Positions 53,998-61,020 of a stretch of DNA of 61,020 nt are shown one piece after another. Where the stretch lies: positions 1 to 61,020 of the forward strand of contig JAIVGO010000099.1 in the NCBI GenBank assembly GCA_020201525.1. The letters are read 5' to 3'. The stretch's first letter is position 1. The number at the start of each line of letters is the position of its first letter. A model generated the notes under the pieces. It did no database searches, was not told the origin of the DNA, and worked only from the letters and a program-made list of their open reading frames with translations. Source of the stretch: Actinomycetota bacterium. Its GTDB lineage: Bacteria; Actinomycetota; AC-67. A program made the translations under genes and the position numbers.

Positions 53998-56900
53998 TTA
54001 GCGCTCGATCGTCGCCCCCGAGCCGAGGAGCGACTTGATCTCAGCATAAAGCCCATTTCGCCTTTCGACACGGAACTGGTCTGATAGCCGCAAGACCTTC
54101 GGTTTCCCGCCGCCTTCCAAGTGCACATGCACCGGCGTCAGGCCGGGGTGGGCGTGAAGCGTTTCCTTGAGCTTGTCGATCAGGACGGGCGTGCACGACG
54201 TAGCCGGTATGCGCAACACGAGCGGATCTCCGCCGGCCTCCAAGTTCGGACGCCAGATGTCGATCGCCACGAGCTTCGGCGGCTCACTTTCGTCACGAAC
54301 CTCGATCTTTCCTTTGACGCACACGATGACGTCGTTCGCCAGGAGGGCCTCGGCCTTTTGGTACACGGATGGGAAAACCACCACTTCGATGGCGCCGTCG
54401 AGGTCCTCGAGCGTGAAGATGGCCATCGCCTCACCCTTCTTGGTGAAGCGACGGGTCAGGCGAGTGACGATGCCTCCCGCGGTTCGCGCGAAGCCTTGCG
54501 GCGCTGCGGCGGCGTCTGCGACGCGAAGGTCTGTCGACGCACGCAAGGCGCCTTCCACCGACAGCAGCGGGTGGTGGGAGACGTAGACGCCGAGCATCTC
54601 CTTCTCCGCGGCGAGCAAGATCGTCTGTGGTAGCTCTTCTCCGTTCGATCGCAACTCTGCCATCGGTTGCCCATGCGCTTCCTCGGAGCCGCCGAATAGC
54701 GAAAACTGACCGATCTGCTCGTTCCGCCGTTGCTCGGCTGCGGCGTCCATCATCTGCGCGGCACGGTCCGCAAGCACGAGCCCCTTGTCCACGCTGATCG
54801 TCAGCAACGTGCTGCGATCCAGACCGAGCGAGTCGAAAGCCCCGGCCTTCGTCAACGCCTCGACTACTCGTTTGTTGAGCGCGATGGGATCCACGCGATG
54901 CACGAAATCGGCAAACGATGCGAAAGGACGGTCGGCGCGCGCGCGTACGATGGCCGCGACCACGTTTGCGCCGACGTTCCGCACGGCGGCGAGACCGAAG
55001 CGAATGCCGCCTTCCACGGTCGGAGTGAAATCAGCTTCGGATTCGTTGACGTCCGGTGGAAACACCTTGATGCCGAGTGAACGACACTCAGCCAAGTAGA
55101 GGGCCGACCGGTCTTGGTTCGCGCGCACGCTTGTCAGCAGCGCCGCCATGTACTCGACGGGGTAATGGGCCTTCAGATAGGCAGTCTGGAACGCGATGAA
55201 TGCATAGCCGCAGGCGTGCGAAGCGTTGAAGCCGTATCCGGAAAAGTGGTCGATCATCTCCCAGAGCTTTTCGGCGAGCTCCTTCGAGTAATCCTTGCCG
55301 ACGCAGCCGTTTACGAACTTCTCGCGCTGCGCGCGCATGATGTCGCCGACCTTCTTGCCGATCGCCTTTCGCAGAGTGTCGGCTTCGGCCATCGTGAAGC
55401 CGGCCATATTCACCGCGATCTCGAGACACTGCTCTTGGTAGCAAATGATCCCGTACGTCTTTTCGAGCACCGGAGCGAGGTCGGCGTGCAGATACTCGAC
55501 TTTCTTCACTCCGTGCTTGCGGTTGGCGTACTCGATGTGCATTTTTTCGCCGAGCGGGCCCGGCCGGTACAGCGCAACGAGCGCCATCACGTCTTCGAAT
55601 CGGTCGGGACGCAGGCGCTTGCACAGCTCGCGCATGCCCGGCGACTCCAGTTGGAAGACCGCGATGGTGTCGCCGGCGGAAAGCATCTCGTACGTCTTGC
55701 GATCGTCGAGCGGCGGGTTGTCGATGTCGAGCTCAATCCCGCGCGTCTTTCGCAGGTTTGCGAGTGTGTCCTCGATCACGGTTAGGTTCCGCAAGCCGAG
55801 GAAGTCCATCTTCAGGAGCCCGAGCTCCTCGACGGCCTTCATCTCGTACTGCGTGACGATGCCGCCGTGGTCGTCGTCGGTTCGTTGCAACGGCATGAAG
55901 TTGGCGAGCGGCTCGGCGCCGATGACGACACCGGCGGCGTGCACCGAATATTGCCGGCGCAGGCCTTCGAGCGACCGCGCAATGTCGATGACGTTGCGGG
56001 AGATCTCGTCCTCTTCGTACGTCTTCCGCAGATCCGATGCGTTCGGATAAGCGTCGTTGTGGCCCGGCTCCGGCCACGCGACCGACTTGTCGAAGCAAGC
56101 CGCGAGCGGCGCATCCTTGCCGAGGATCGACGGCGGATACATCTTCGCGAGCCGGTCGCCGACCGCGTATGGATAATCGAGTACGCGCGCCGCGTCGCGG
56201 ATCGCTTGCTTGCCTTTGATCGTGGCGAACGTGACGATCTGCGCCACGTGATCTTCGCCGTACTTTTCGCTGACGTAGCGGATCATCTCGCCGCGCCTGC
56301 GGTCGTCGAAATCCATGTCGATGTCGGGCATCTGCCGCCGTTCGGGGTTGAGGAAACGCTCGAAAATGAGTCCCCATCGCAACGGGTCGAGATCGGTGAT
56401 CTCCAAGCAGTAGCTGACGACCGATCCGGCGGCGCTGCCACGCCCGGGACCCACCCGAATACCGCTGCGCTTCGCGAATGCGATCAGGTCGGCAACGATC
56501 AAGAAGTAGCCGGCAAAGCCCATCGAAATGATGATCTCGAGCTCATGGGAAACGCGGTCTCGCACCTCCGCCGAAAGCGGCGATCCGTACCGCTTCGCGG
56601 CGCCTTCGTCGACAAGACGGCGCAAGTACGCTTCCTGTGGTTCACCGGTCGGTGGCGTGTACGGCGGCAAGTGGAGCTTCCCGAACGTCAGCTCGACGTT
56701 GCATCGCTCGCCGATCTCGAGAGTCACGTCGCACGCTTCCGGCACGTGGGCGAACAGCGCGCGCATCTCTTCCGCCGACTTCAAGTAGAACTCTTCCGCA
56801 TCGAACTTGAACCGGCCGGGATCGTTCATCGTCTTCCCGGTCTGGATACACAGCAAAACGTCATGCGCTTTGGAGTCTTCGCGCTTCGTGTAATGCAGAT

Positions 56901-57519
56901 CGTTCGTCGCAACGACGCGCAGTCCCGCGTGCTTCGCAAGATCGAGCAGCAAGGGATTGACCTTCTTCTGCTCGGGCAGACCGTGATCTTGCAGCTCGAT
57001 GAAGTAGTTGTCCGGGCCGAAGATCTCCTTGTACCGACCGGCCGTTTGTACGGCGTGGTCCCACCGGTCTTGGTTCAGCGCCGTACACACTTCACCGCCG
57101 AGACAGCCGCTGGTCGCAATGAGGCCTTCGGACAATTGCGCGAGCAGCTCGGTATCGACGCGCGGCCGGTAGTAATAGCCCTCGAGCCAGCCGGCCGTCA
57201 CCAGCTTTAGCAAGTTCTGATAGCCGGTCTGCGTCTCCGCGACGACCGTCAGGTGGTGATTGAAATCGTGGTCGCGCGAATCTTTTTGAAAGCGCGTGCG
57301 CGTCGCCACGTACAGCTCGGCGCCGAGGATCGGCTTCACACCGTGCTTCTTGCAGGCCTTGTAAAAGTCGACGGCGCCGTACATCACGCCGTGGTCGGTG
57401 ACGGCGATCGCCGGCATGCCCATCGCAGCCGCTTGGCCGACCAGCTCGTCTATCCGCGCCGCCCCGTCGAGGAGCGAGAATTCGGTGTGGTTATGGAGAT
57501 GGACGAAGCTGGACGTCAC
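53998..57519 (-). CDS. dnaE: DNA polymerase III alpha subunit
   Basis: 1173 aa with an N-terminal PHP domain (FVHLHNHTEFSLLDGA), the polymerase core (DIDMDF) and OB-fold and C-terminal regions. The GTG start is preceded by GGGGAGG. Confidence 0.97.
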   Translation of the reverse strand: MTSSFVHLHNHTEFSLLDGAARIDELVGQAAAMGMPAIAVTDHGVMYGAVDFYKACKKHGVKPILGAELYVATRTRFQKDSRDHDFNHHLTVVAETQTGYQNLLKLVTAGWLEGYYYRPRVDTELLAQLSEGLIATSGCLGGEVCTALNQDRWDHAVQTAGRYKEIFGPDNYFIELQDHGLPEQKKVNPLLLDLAKHAGLRVVATNDLHYTKREDSKAHDVLLCIQTGKTMNDPGRFKFDAEEFYLKSAEEMRALFAHVPEACDVTLEIGERCNVELTFGKLHLPPYTPPTGEPQEAYLRRLVDEGAAKRYGSPLSAEVRDRVSHELEIIISMGFAGYFLIVADLIAFAKRSGIRVGPGRGSAAGSVVSYCLEITDLDPLRWGLIFERFLNPERRQMPDIDMDFDDRRRGEMIRYVSEKYGEDHVAQIVTFATIKGKQAIRDAARVLDYPYAVGDRLAKMYPPSILGKDAPLAACFDKSVAWPEPGHNDAYPNASDLRKTYEEDEISRNVIDIARSLEGLRRQYSVHAAGVVIGAEPLANFMPLQRTDDDHGGIVTQYEMKAVEELGLLKMDFLGLRNLTVIEDTLANLRKTRGIELDIDNPPLDDRKTYEMLSAGDTIAVFQLESPGMRELCKRLRPDRFEDVMALVALYRPGPLGEKMHIEYANRKHGVKKVEYLHADLAPVLEKTYGIICYQEQCLEIAVNMAGFTMAEADTLRKAIGKKVGDIMRAQREKFVNGCVGKDYSKELAEKLWEMIDHFSGYGFNASHACGYAFIAFQTAYLKAHYPVEYMAALLTSVRANQDRSALYLAECRSLGIKVFPPDVNESEADFTPTVEGGIRFGLAAVRNVGANVVAAIVRARADRPFASFADFVHRVDPIALNKRVVEALTKAGAFDSLGLDRSTLLTISVDKGLVLADRAAQMMDAAAEQRRNEQIGQFSLFGGSEEAHGQPMAELRSNGEELPQTILLAAEKEMLGVYVSHHPLLSVEGALRASTDLRVADAAAAPQGFARTAGGIVTRLTRRFTKKGEAMAIFTLEDLDGAIEVVVFPSVYQKAEALLANDVIVCVKGKIEVRDESEPPKLVAIDIWRPNLEAGGDPLVLRIPATSCTPVLIDKLKETLHAHPGLTPVHVHLEGGGKPKVLRLSDQFRVERRNGLYAEIKSLLGSGATIER

Positions 57520-57564
57520 GAACGGGCCTCCCCACGGGGCGCCCGGGGAAAGGTTGAGCGCCTC

Positions 57565-57612
57565 GAATCACACGGCTGTGATTCTTATACCGTCCCCCGG
57601 TCACCCGGGCAA
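57565..57612 (-). promoter_or_regulatory. candidate dnaE promoter with an overlapping 20-bp palindromic operator
   Basis: The minus strand reads TTGCCC (57612-57607), a 17-nt spacer, TATAAG (57589-57584), then immediately the perfect palindrome GAATCACA-CGGC-TGTGATTC (57565-57584). Confidence 0.35.
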
Positions 57613-57678
57613 GAGCGGGAATCTTCCGGCATCCAAAACTGCTGCTCGGCGCCCGTCTCACCTCAGAAAATCACACCC

Positions 57679-57708
57679 TTGTAACTTGTCACAGGCGCCA
57701 CCTATACT
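57679..57708 (+). promoter_or_regulatory. candidate promoter giving a leaderless transcript for the PD-(D/E)XK nuclease gene
   Basis: TTGTAA (57679-57684), an 18-nt spacer, TATACT (57703-57708), then 7 nt to ATG 57716. Confidence 0.35.
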
Positions 57709-57715
57709 CGCCCTG

Positions 57716-58741
57716 ATGGAAGAGCTGACGCTGGATTTCACCGGACCAAGCGATATTGCGCTCGCCGAACCCGTCGAAGAGAACCCGATCCGGCTCTCTT
57801 ATTCGTCGATTTCCACGTACGAACTGTGCCCCTTGCAATACAAGTTCAAGTACGTCGAGCGGGAACCCGGTATCCGCACGCCGGCGCTCGCCTTTGGCGA
57901 AAGCCTTCACGAGGCGCTTCGGCTGTTTCACCACCAGCCGGTGCCGGTCGCCCCGTCTCTGGGGCAGCTGCTCGGGTATCTCGACCAGGCATGGGACGCG
58001 ACACCGTACTCCGACGAGCGCGAGGAGCGGACGTACAAAGACCACGCGCGGCAGGTCATGTCGGCCTACCATCGTGCGAACGCCCCGAGATTCGTCATGC
58101 CGGTCACCGTCGAGCAGCGCTTCGAGATCCCAATCGGCGACGTGACCGTGACGGGAATCATCGACCGGATGGACCGTCATCCCGACGGTTCGTACGAGAT
58201 CATCGACTACAAGACGAATCGCCGCCTCCCGCCGAAAAAGATCGTGGAGCGGGATCTGCAGCTATCCATTTACTACCTCGCGGCGCAAGAGGTCTGGGGA
58301 ATCACGCCGCGCTGGGTGACCATGTATTACTTGCTCCCCGGGCAACGGATCACCGTGACGCGGACCGAAGCCGACGGTATCGCGACTCGAGAACGGATCG
58401 CCGACGTCGCCGCTCGCATCGCGGCGGGAGAATTCCGCCCGACGGAAAACCGACTGTGCAACTGGTGTGACTACAAAGCCAAGTGTCCACTGTTCGCACA
58501 CGAGTCGCGACGCGTTCAACAACCGGATCCCGTCGATATCTCGGGAGCGGTTGAGGAATGGATCAAGCTCCAACGAAAGGCCAAGAGCGACGCGGTCCGC
58601 CTGGCGCAACTTTCAACCGTGATCCACGACTACTGCGCAGCAGAGGGCCTCGACCGGCTCTTCGGCGAAGACGCGGCAGTGACTCGCACGGCGAGCGGCG
58701 ACGGCCTCTGGTCCCTTTCACTCAAAGAAAACCGCAGATAA
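57716..58741 (+). CDS. PD-(D/E)XK nuclease family protein (RecB/Cas4-like with a 4-Cys cluster)
   Basis: Start ATG 57716 (MEELTLDF), 341 aa. The nuclease motifs are GIIDRMD and EIIDYKT. One Cys lies near the N-terminus (YELCPLQY) and the C-terminal CNWCDYKAKC matches the Cas4/AddB-type Fe-S pattern. Confidence 0.75.
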   Translation: MEELTLDFTGPSDIALAEPVEENPIRLSYSSISTYELCPLQYKFKYVEREPGIRTPALAFGESLHEALRLFHHQPVPVAPSLGQLLGYLDQAWDATPYSDEREERTYKDHARQVMSAYHRANAPRFVMPVTVEQRFEIPIGDVTVTGIIDRMDRHPDGSYEIIDYKTNRRLPPKKIVERDLQLSIYYLAAQEVWGITPRWVTMYYLLPGQRITVTRTEADGIATRERIADVAARIAAGEFRPTENRLCNWCDYKAKCPLFAHESRRVQQPDPVDISGAVEEWIKLQRKAKSDAVRLAQLSTVIHDYCAAEGLDRLFGEDAAVTRTASGDGLWSLSLKENRR

Positions 58742-58749
58742 CATCGCTT

Positions 58750-59661
58750 TTATTGTGCGCGCAGCATCGCCAGTGCGGCCGTCAAATCCTCCGGCATTGG
58801 ATCGTCGATTTCCACGGGTGCGCCGGTGAGCGGGTGGGCGAATCGCAATGCCGCCGCGTGCAGAAACGGCCGCTCCAATTCCAGTCGGCGCGCGAGCTTC
58901 CGGTCTTTGCCGTAGACCGCGTCGCCGACCACCGCGTGACCCGCGGCGGCGAGATGCACGCGTATCTGATGCGTGCGTCCGGTCCGCGGCTTCACTTCCA
59001 GCAGGGCCGCATCGGCGAACGATTCCTTGACGCGAAAGTCGGTGACCGCATCGCGGCCGCCGGCAACCACGGCCATTTTCTTCCGGTGCTTGGGCGAGCG
59101 TCCGATCGGGGCGTCGATCGTTCCCGTCGTGGTTGAGGGAATCCCTTCGACGAGCGCGATGTACGTCCGCGATACCTCGCGATTCGCCATCATCTCCGAC
59201 AAGCGATCGAACGCCATCTCGTCCTTCGCGACGATCATCAACCCGCTCGTGCCCGCATCGAGACGGTGCACGATGCCCGGCCGCATCGCCTCTCCCCCGG
59301 ACGGGCGCCCCGCACGTGCGAGCAACGCGTTCACAAGCGTCCCGCTCTCGTGCCCCGGCCCGGGATGTACAACGAGACCGGCCGGCTTCGACACGACCAG
59401 CAGCGATTCGTCTTCGTAGCGGACGACGACGTCGATGTCCTCAGCCGCCGGCGGGCGCTTGGCGACGGCATCCGGCACGTCGGCAGACACGACTTGGCCC
59501 GAGGAGACTTTGTACGACCGCGACCGTGGAACGCCGTCCACCAAAACTTTGCCGCCTTCGATCAAGCGTGCGACAAGTGTGCGCGAGATGCCGGCGGCCT
59601 CGGCGACGGCGGCGTCCAAACGCACACCACCGGCTCTCGTCAGGAATTCGATCCTGCTCAC
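58750..59661 (-). CDS. rluD: RluA-family 23S rRNA pseudouridine synthase
   Basis: GTG 59661 overlaps the lspA stop (GTGA). An S4-like N-terminus is followed by the catalytic motif HRLDAGTSGLMIVAK. Confidence 0.9.
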   Translation of the reverse strand: MSRIEFLTRAGGVRLDAAVAEAAGISRTLVARLIEGGKVLVDGVPRSRSYKVSSGQVVSADVPDAVAKRPPAAEDIDVVVRYEDESLLVVSKPAGLVVHPGPGHESGTLVNALLARAGRPSGGEAMRPGIVHRLDAGTSGLMIVAKDEMAFDRLSEMMANREVSRTYIALVEGIPSTTTGTIDAPIGRSPKHRKKMAVVAGGRDAVTDFRVKESFADAALLEVKPRTGRTHQIRVHLAAAGHAVVGDAVYGKDRKLARRLELERPFLHAAALRFAHPLTGAPVEIDDPMPEDLTAALAMLRAQ

Positions 59662-60149
59662 GGGGACTTCGTTCGAAGGCTTTGAAGCGCGAGCAGCAAA
59701 GCACCGGCAACCACCGCGGCGTCGGCAATATTGAACGTCGGCCAAACGCGAAAGTCGATGAAGTCGATCACGCGTCCACGAAAGGGGCCCGGCGGCCGGA
59801 AGAGCCTGTCGGCGAGGTTGCCGAGCGCGCCACCGAGCACGAGCCCGAGCGCTACAGCAGTGACCCGGTCGTGCGGACGGCGCGAGAGAAAAAGTATTCC
59901 TGCGGCAATCGAGATAGCAAGAACCGTGAACAAAACCGGCGCTCGCTGAAAGATGCCGAAGGCGGCACCGGGATTTCGTTGGAGCGTCCAGTACAGAATG
60001 CCCTTGATGACGCGTACCGGCCGATCGGGATCGAGCGTCTGAACAACGACGGCCTTCGTCGCTTGATCGAGAGCGAGGGCGATCGCCCCGGTGCCGATGA
60101 GGATTTCGAAGCTCGAGACGGCCTCTCGCTTTCGCAGCAGATTCATCAC
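59658..60149 (-). CDS. lspA: lipoprotein signal peptidase (signal peptidase II)
   Basis: 163 aa with NPGAAFG, GGALGNLADR and FNIADAAV motifs. Confidence 0.93.
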   Translation of the reverse strand: MMNLLRKREAVSSFEILIGTGAIALALDQATKAVVVQTLDPDRPVRVIKGILYWTLQRNPGAAFGIFQRAPVLFTVLAISIAAGILFLSRRPHDRVTAVALGLVLGGALGNLADRLFRPPGPFRGRVIDFIDFRVWPTFNIADAAVVAGALLLALQSLRTKSP

Positions 60150-60174
60150 GCCGCGCAGGTTACCGCGCCGGCTT

Positions 60175-61005
60175 CTAGCGCTGACGTTCTTCGATCTGCT
60201 TGCAGCGGATGCAGAGGACCGAATACGGCAGGGCCTTCATTCGGTCGCGGTTGATCTGCTCGCCGCAGCGCTCACAGATCCCGTATGTACCCCGGTCGAT
60301 CTTTCGAATTGCGCTGGCGATCTTGTCCATCAAGTCGCGGATGTTGTTGCCGAGCGACAAATCGCGCTCGCGCTCGAACGTGAACGTTCCCGCATCGGCG
60401 TACTCTTCGTCGAACGCGACCTCCCCGGATAGCTCAGACTGGGATGTGTCGAACGTACCTGCGTTGAGATCGGCCGCCTCGTTTTCGAGCATCGCGCTTT
60501 GCGTGACGAGCTGCTCTCGAATCGTCTCGAGCTCCTTCGGGCTGAAAGGGCTTTTCTTCGGCTTGGGCGGCGCGGCCGGCTTGACGGGGGCGGCCGGCTT
60601 GACGGGGGCGGCCGGCTTGGCGGGGGCGGCCGCCTTTGGTGCGGGCGCAACCTTTGCCGGGACCGGGGCGGCCTTTGCGGGCGCAACCTTTGCCGGGGCG
60701 GCCTTCGCTGCCGGCGCAACCTTTGCCGGGGCGGCCTTCGCTGCCGGCGCAACCTTTGCCGGGGCGGCCTTCGCTGCCGGCGCCTTGGGGGCCGCCTTCG
60801 CGGGAAGTTTCGCCGAAGCCAGAGCCTTGGCCTTCACTGCGGGCGCGGCCGCCTTCTTCACGGGTGCCTTCTTCGCCGCGGGCTTTGCTGCAGACGCTGT
60901 CGCCTTCTTTGGCGCACCAGTCTTACCGGCGGCCGGCTTCTTTGGCGCAGGCTTCGCGGCGGCCTTCGCAGCCTTCTTCGCGGGCTTTTTCGCGGGGCTC
61001 GCCAC
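60175..61005 (-). CDS. TraR/DksA-family C4 zinc-finger protein with a long N-terminal Ala/Lys/Pro histone-H1-like tail
   Basis: The C-terminus CERCGEQINRDRMKALPYSVLCIRC is a CxxC-N17-CxxC finger. The N-terminal ~165 aa are AKKA/PAKVAPA repeats. The likely start is GTG 61005, 4 nt after AGGAGA, but the open frame reaches the window edge at 61020. Confidence 0.8.
   Translation of the reverse strand: MASPAKKPAKKAAKAAAKPAPKKPAAGKTGAPKKATASAAKPAAKKAPVKKAAAPAVKAKALASAKLPAKAAPKAPAAKAAPAKVAPAAKAAPAKVAPAAKAAPAKVAPAKAAPVPAKVAPAPKAAAPAKPAAPVKPAAPVKPAAPPKPKKSPFSPKELETIREQLVTQSAMLENEAADLNAGTFDTSQSELSGEVAFDEEYADAGTFTFERERDLSLGNNIRDLMDKIASAIRKIDRGTYGICERCGEQINRDRMKALPYSVLCIRCKQIEERQR
60541..60800 (-). repeat. 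in-frame nucleotide tandem repeats (three 33-nt units and about three 18-nt units) encoding the AKP-rich tail
   Basis: gcgcaacctttgccggggcggccttcgctgccg is repeated three times head to tail (about 60682-60780). cttgacgggggcggccgg-like 18-mers are repeated at about 60568-60625. Confidence 0.85.
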
Positions 61006-61020
61006 GGTTCTCCTCTGCAC

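Noticed and set aside
57565-57584. Palindrome upstream of dnaE interpreted as a LexA SOS box or CRP site
   Set aside because: It does not match TCGAAC-N4-GTTCGA. The TCACA/TGTGA half-sites are in the reverse order, with a 4-nt rather than 6-nt spacer, compared with CRP sites. I keep it only as an unassigned operator candidate.
60541-60800. Short direct repeats that could be mistaken for a CRISPR array or minisatellite
   Set aside because: The units are contiguous with no spacers, stay in frame within a long ORF, and encode a lysine/alanine/proline-rich tail. No cas genes are present.

Overview
This is a GC-rich, very gene-dense chromosomal window with about 55 protein genes and one tRNA, most of them on the minus strand. 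Gene content and local order match the conserved actinobacterial housekeeping neighbourhood known from Mycobacterium and Streptomyces: uvrB, coaE-rpsA, polA, a PdtaR-like ANTAR response regulator, a roughly 14-kb his-trp supra-operon (hisD-C-B-H-A-F, hisI-trpE, trpC, trpB-trpA) ending at tRNA-Leu(CAA), then dnaE and rluD-lspA-dksA-like. A PPOX/F420-type gene, frequent GTG/TTG starts, many 4-nt stop/start overlaps and -10 boxes 7-9 nt from start codons fit Actinomycetota; this is inference, since the window has no rRNA. I saw no transposase, integrase, CRISPR array or rRNA. Accessory content sits between the core genes. (1) A 2111-aa secreted multidomain protein, an FtsH-like AAA metalloprotease paralogue and a small lipoprotein lie between polA and rpsA. 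(2) A liv-type amino-acid ABC importer. (3) Two uncharacterised envelope proteins next to the tRNA. (4) Membrane and peptidase genes are translationally coupled into the trp operon. (5) The best candidate for an undescribed system is a signalling cluster at 48.7-54.0 kb: a Cu-only SOD-like gene, an intact HisKA_3 kinase coupled to a paralogous cupredoxin-domain polytopic pseudokinase, an output-less receiver and a small helical protein. The hisA/hisF junction is anomalous: both gene ends are missing and the remnants abut out of frame. All calls rest on reading the supplied translations and the DNA by eye. No database search or structure prediction was run.
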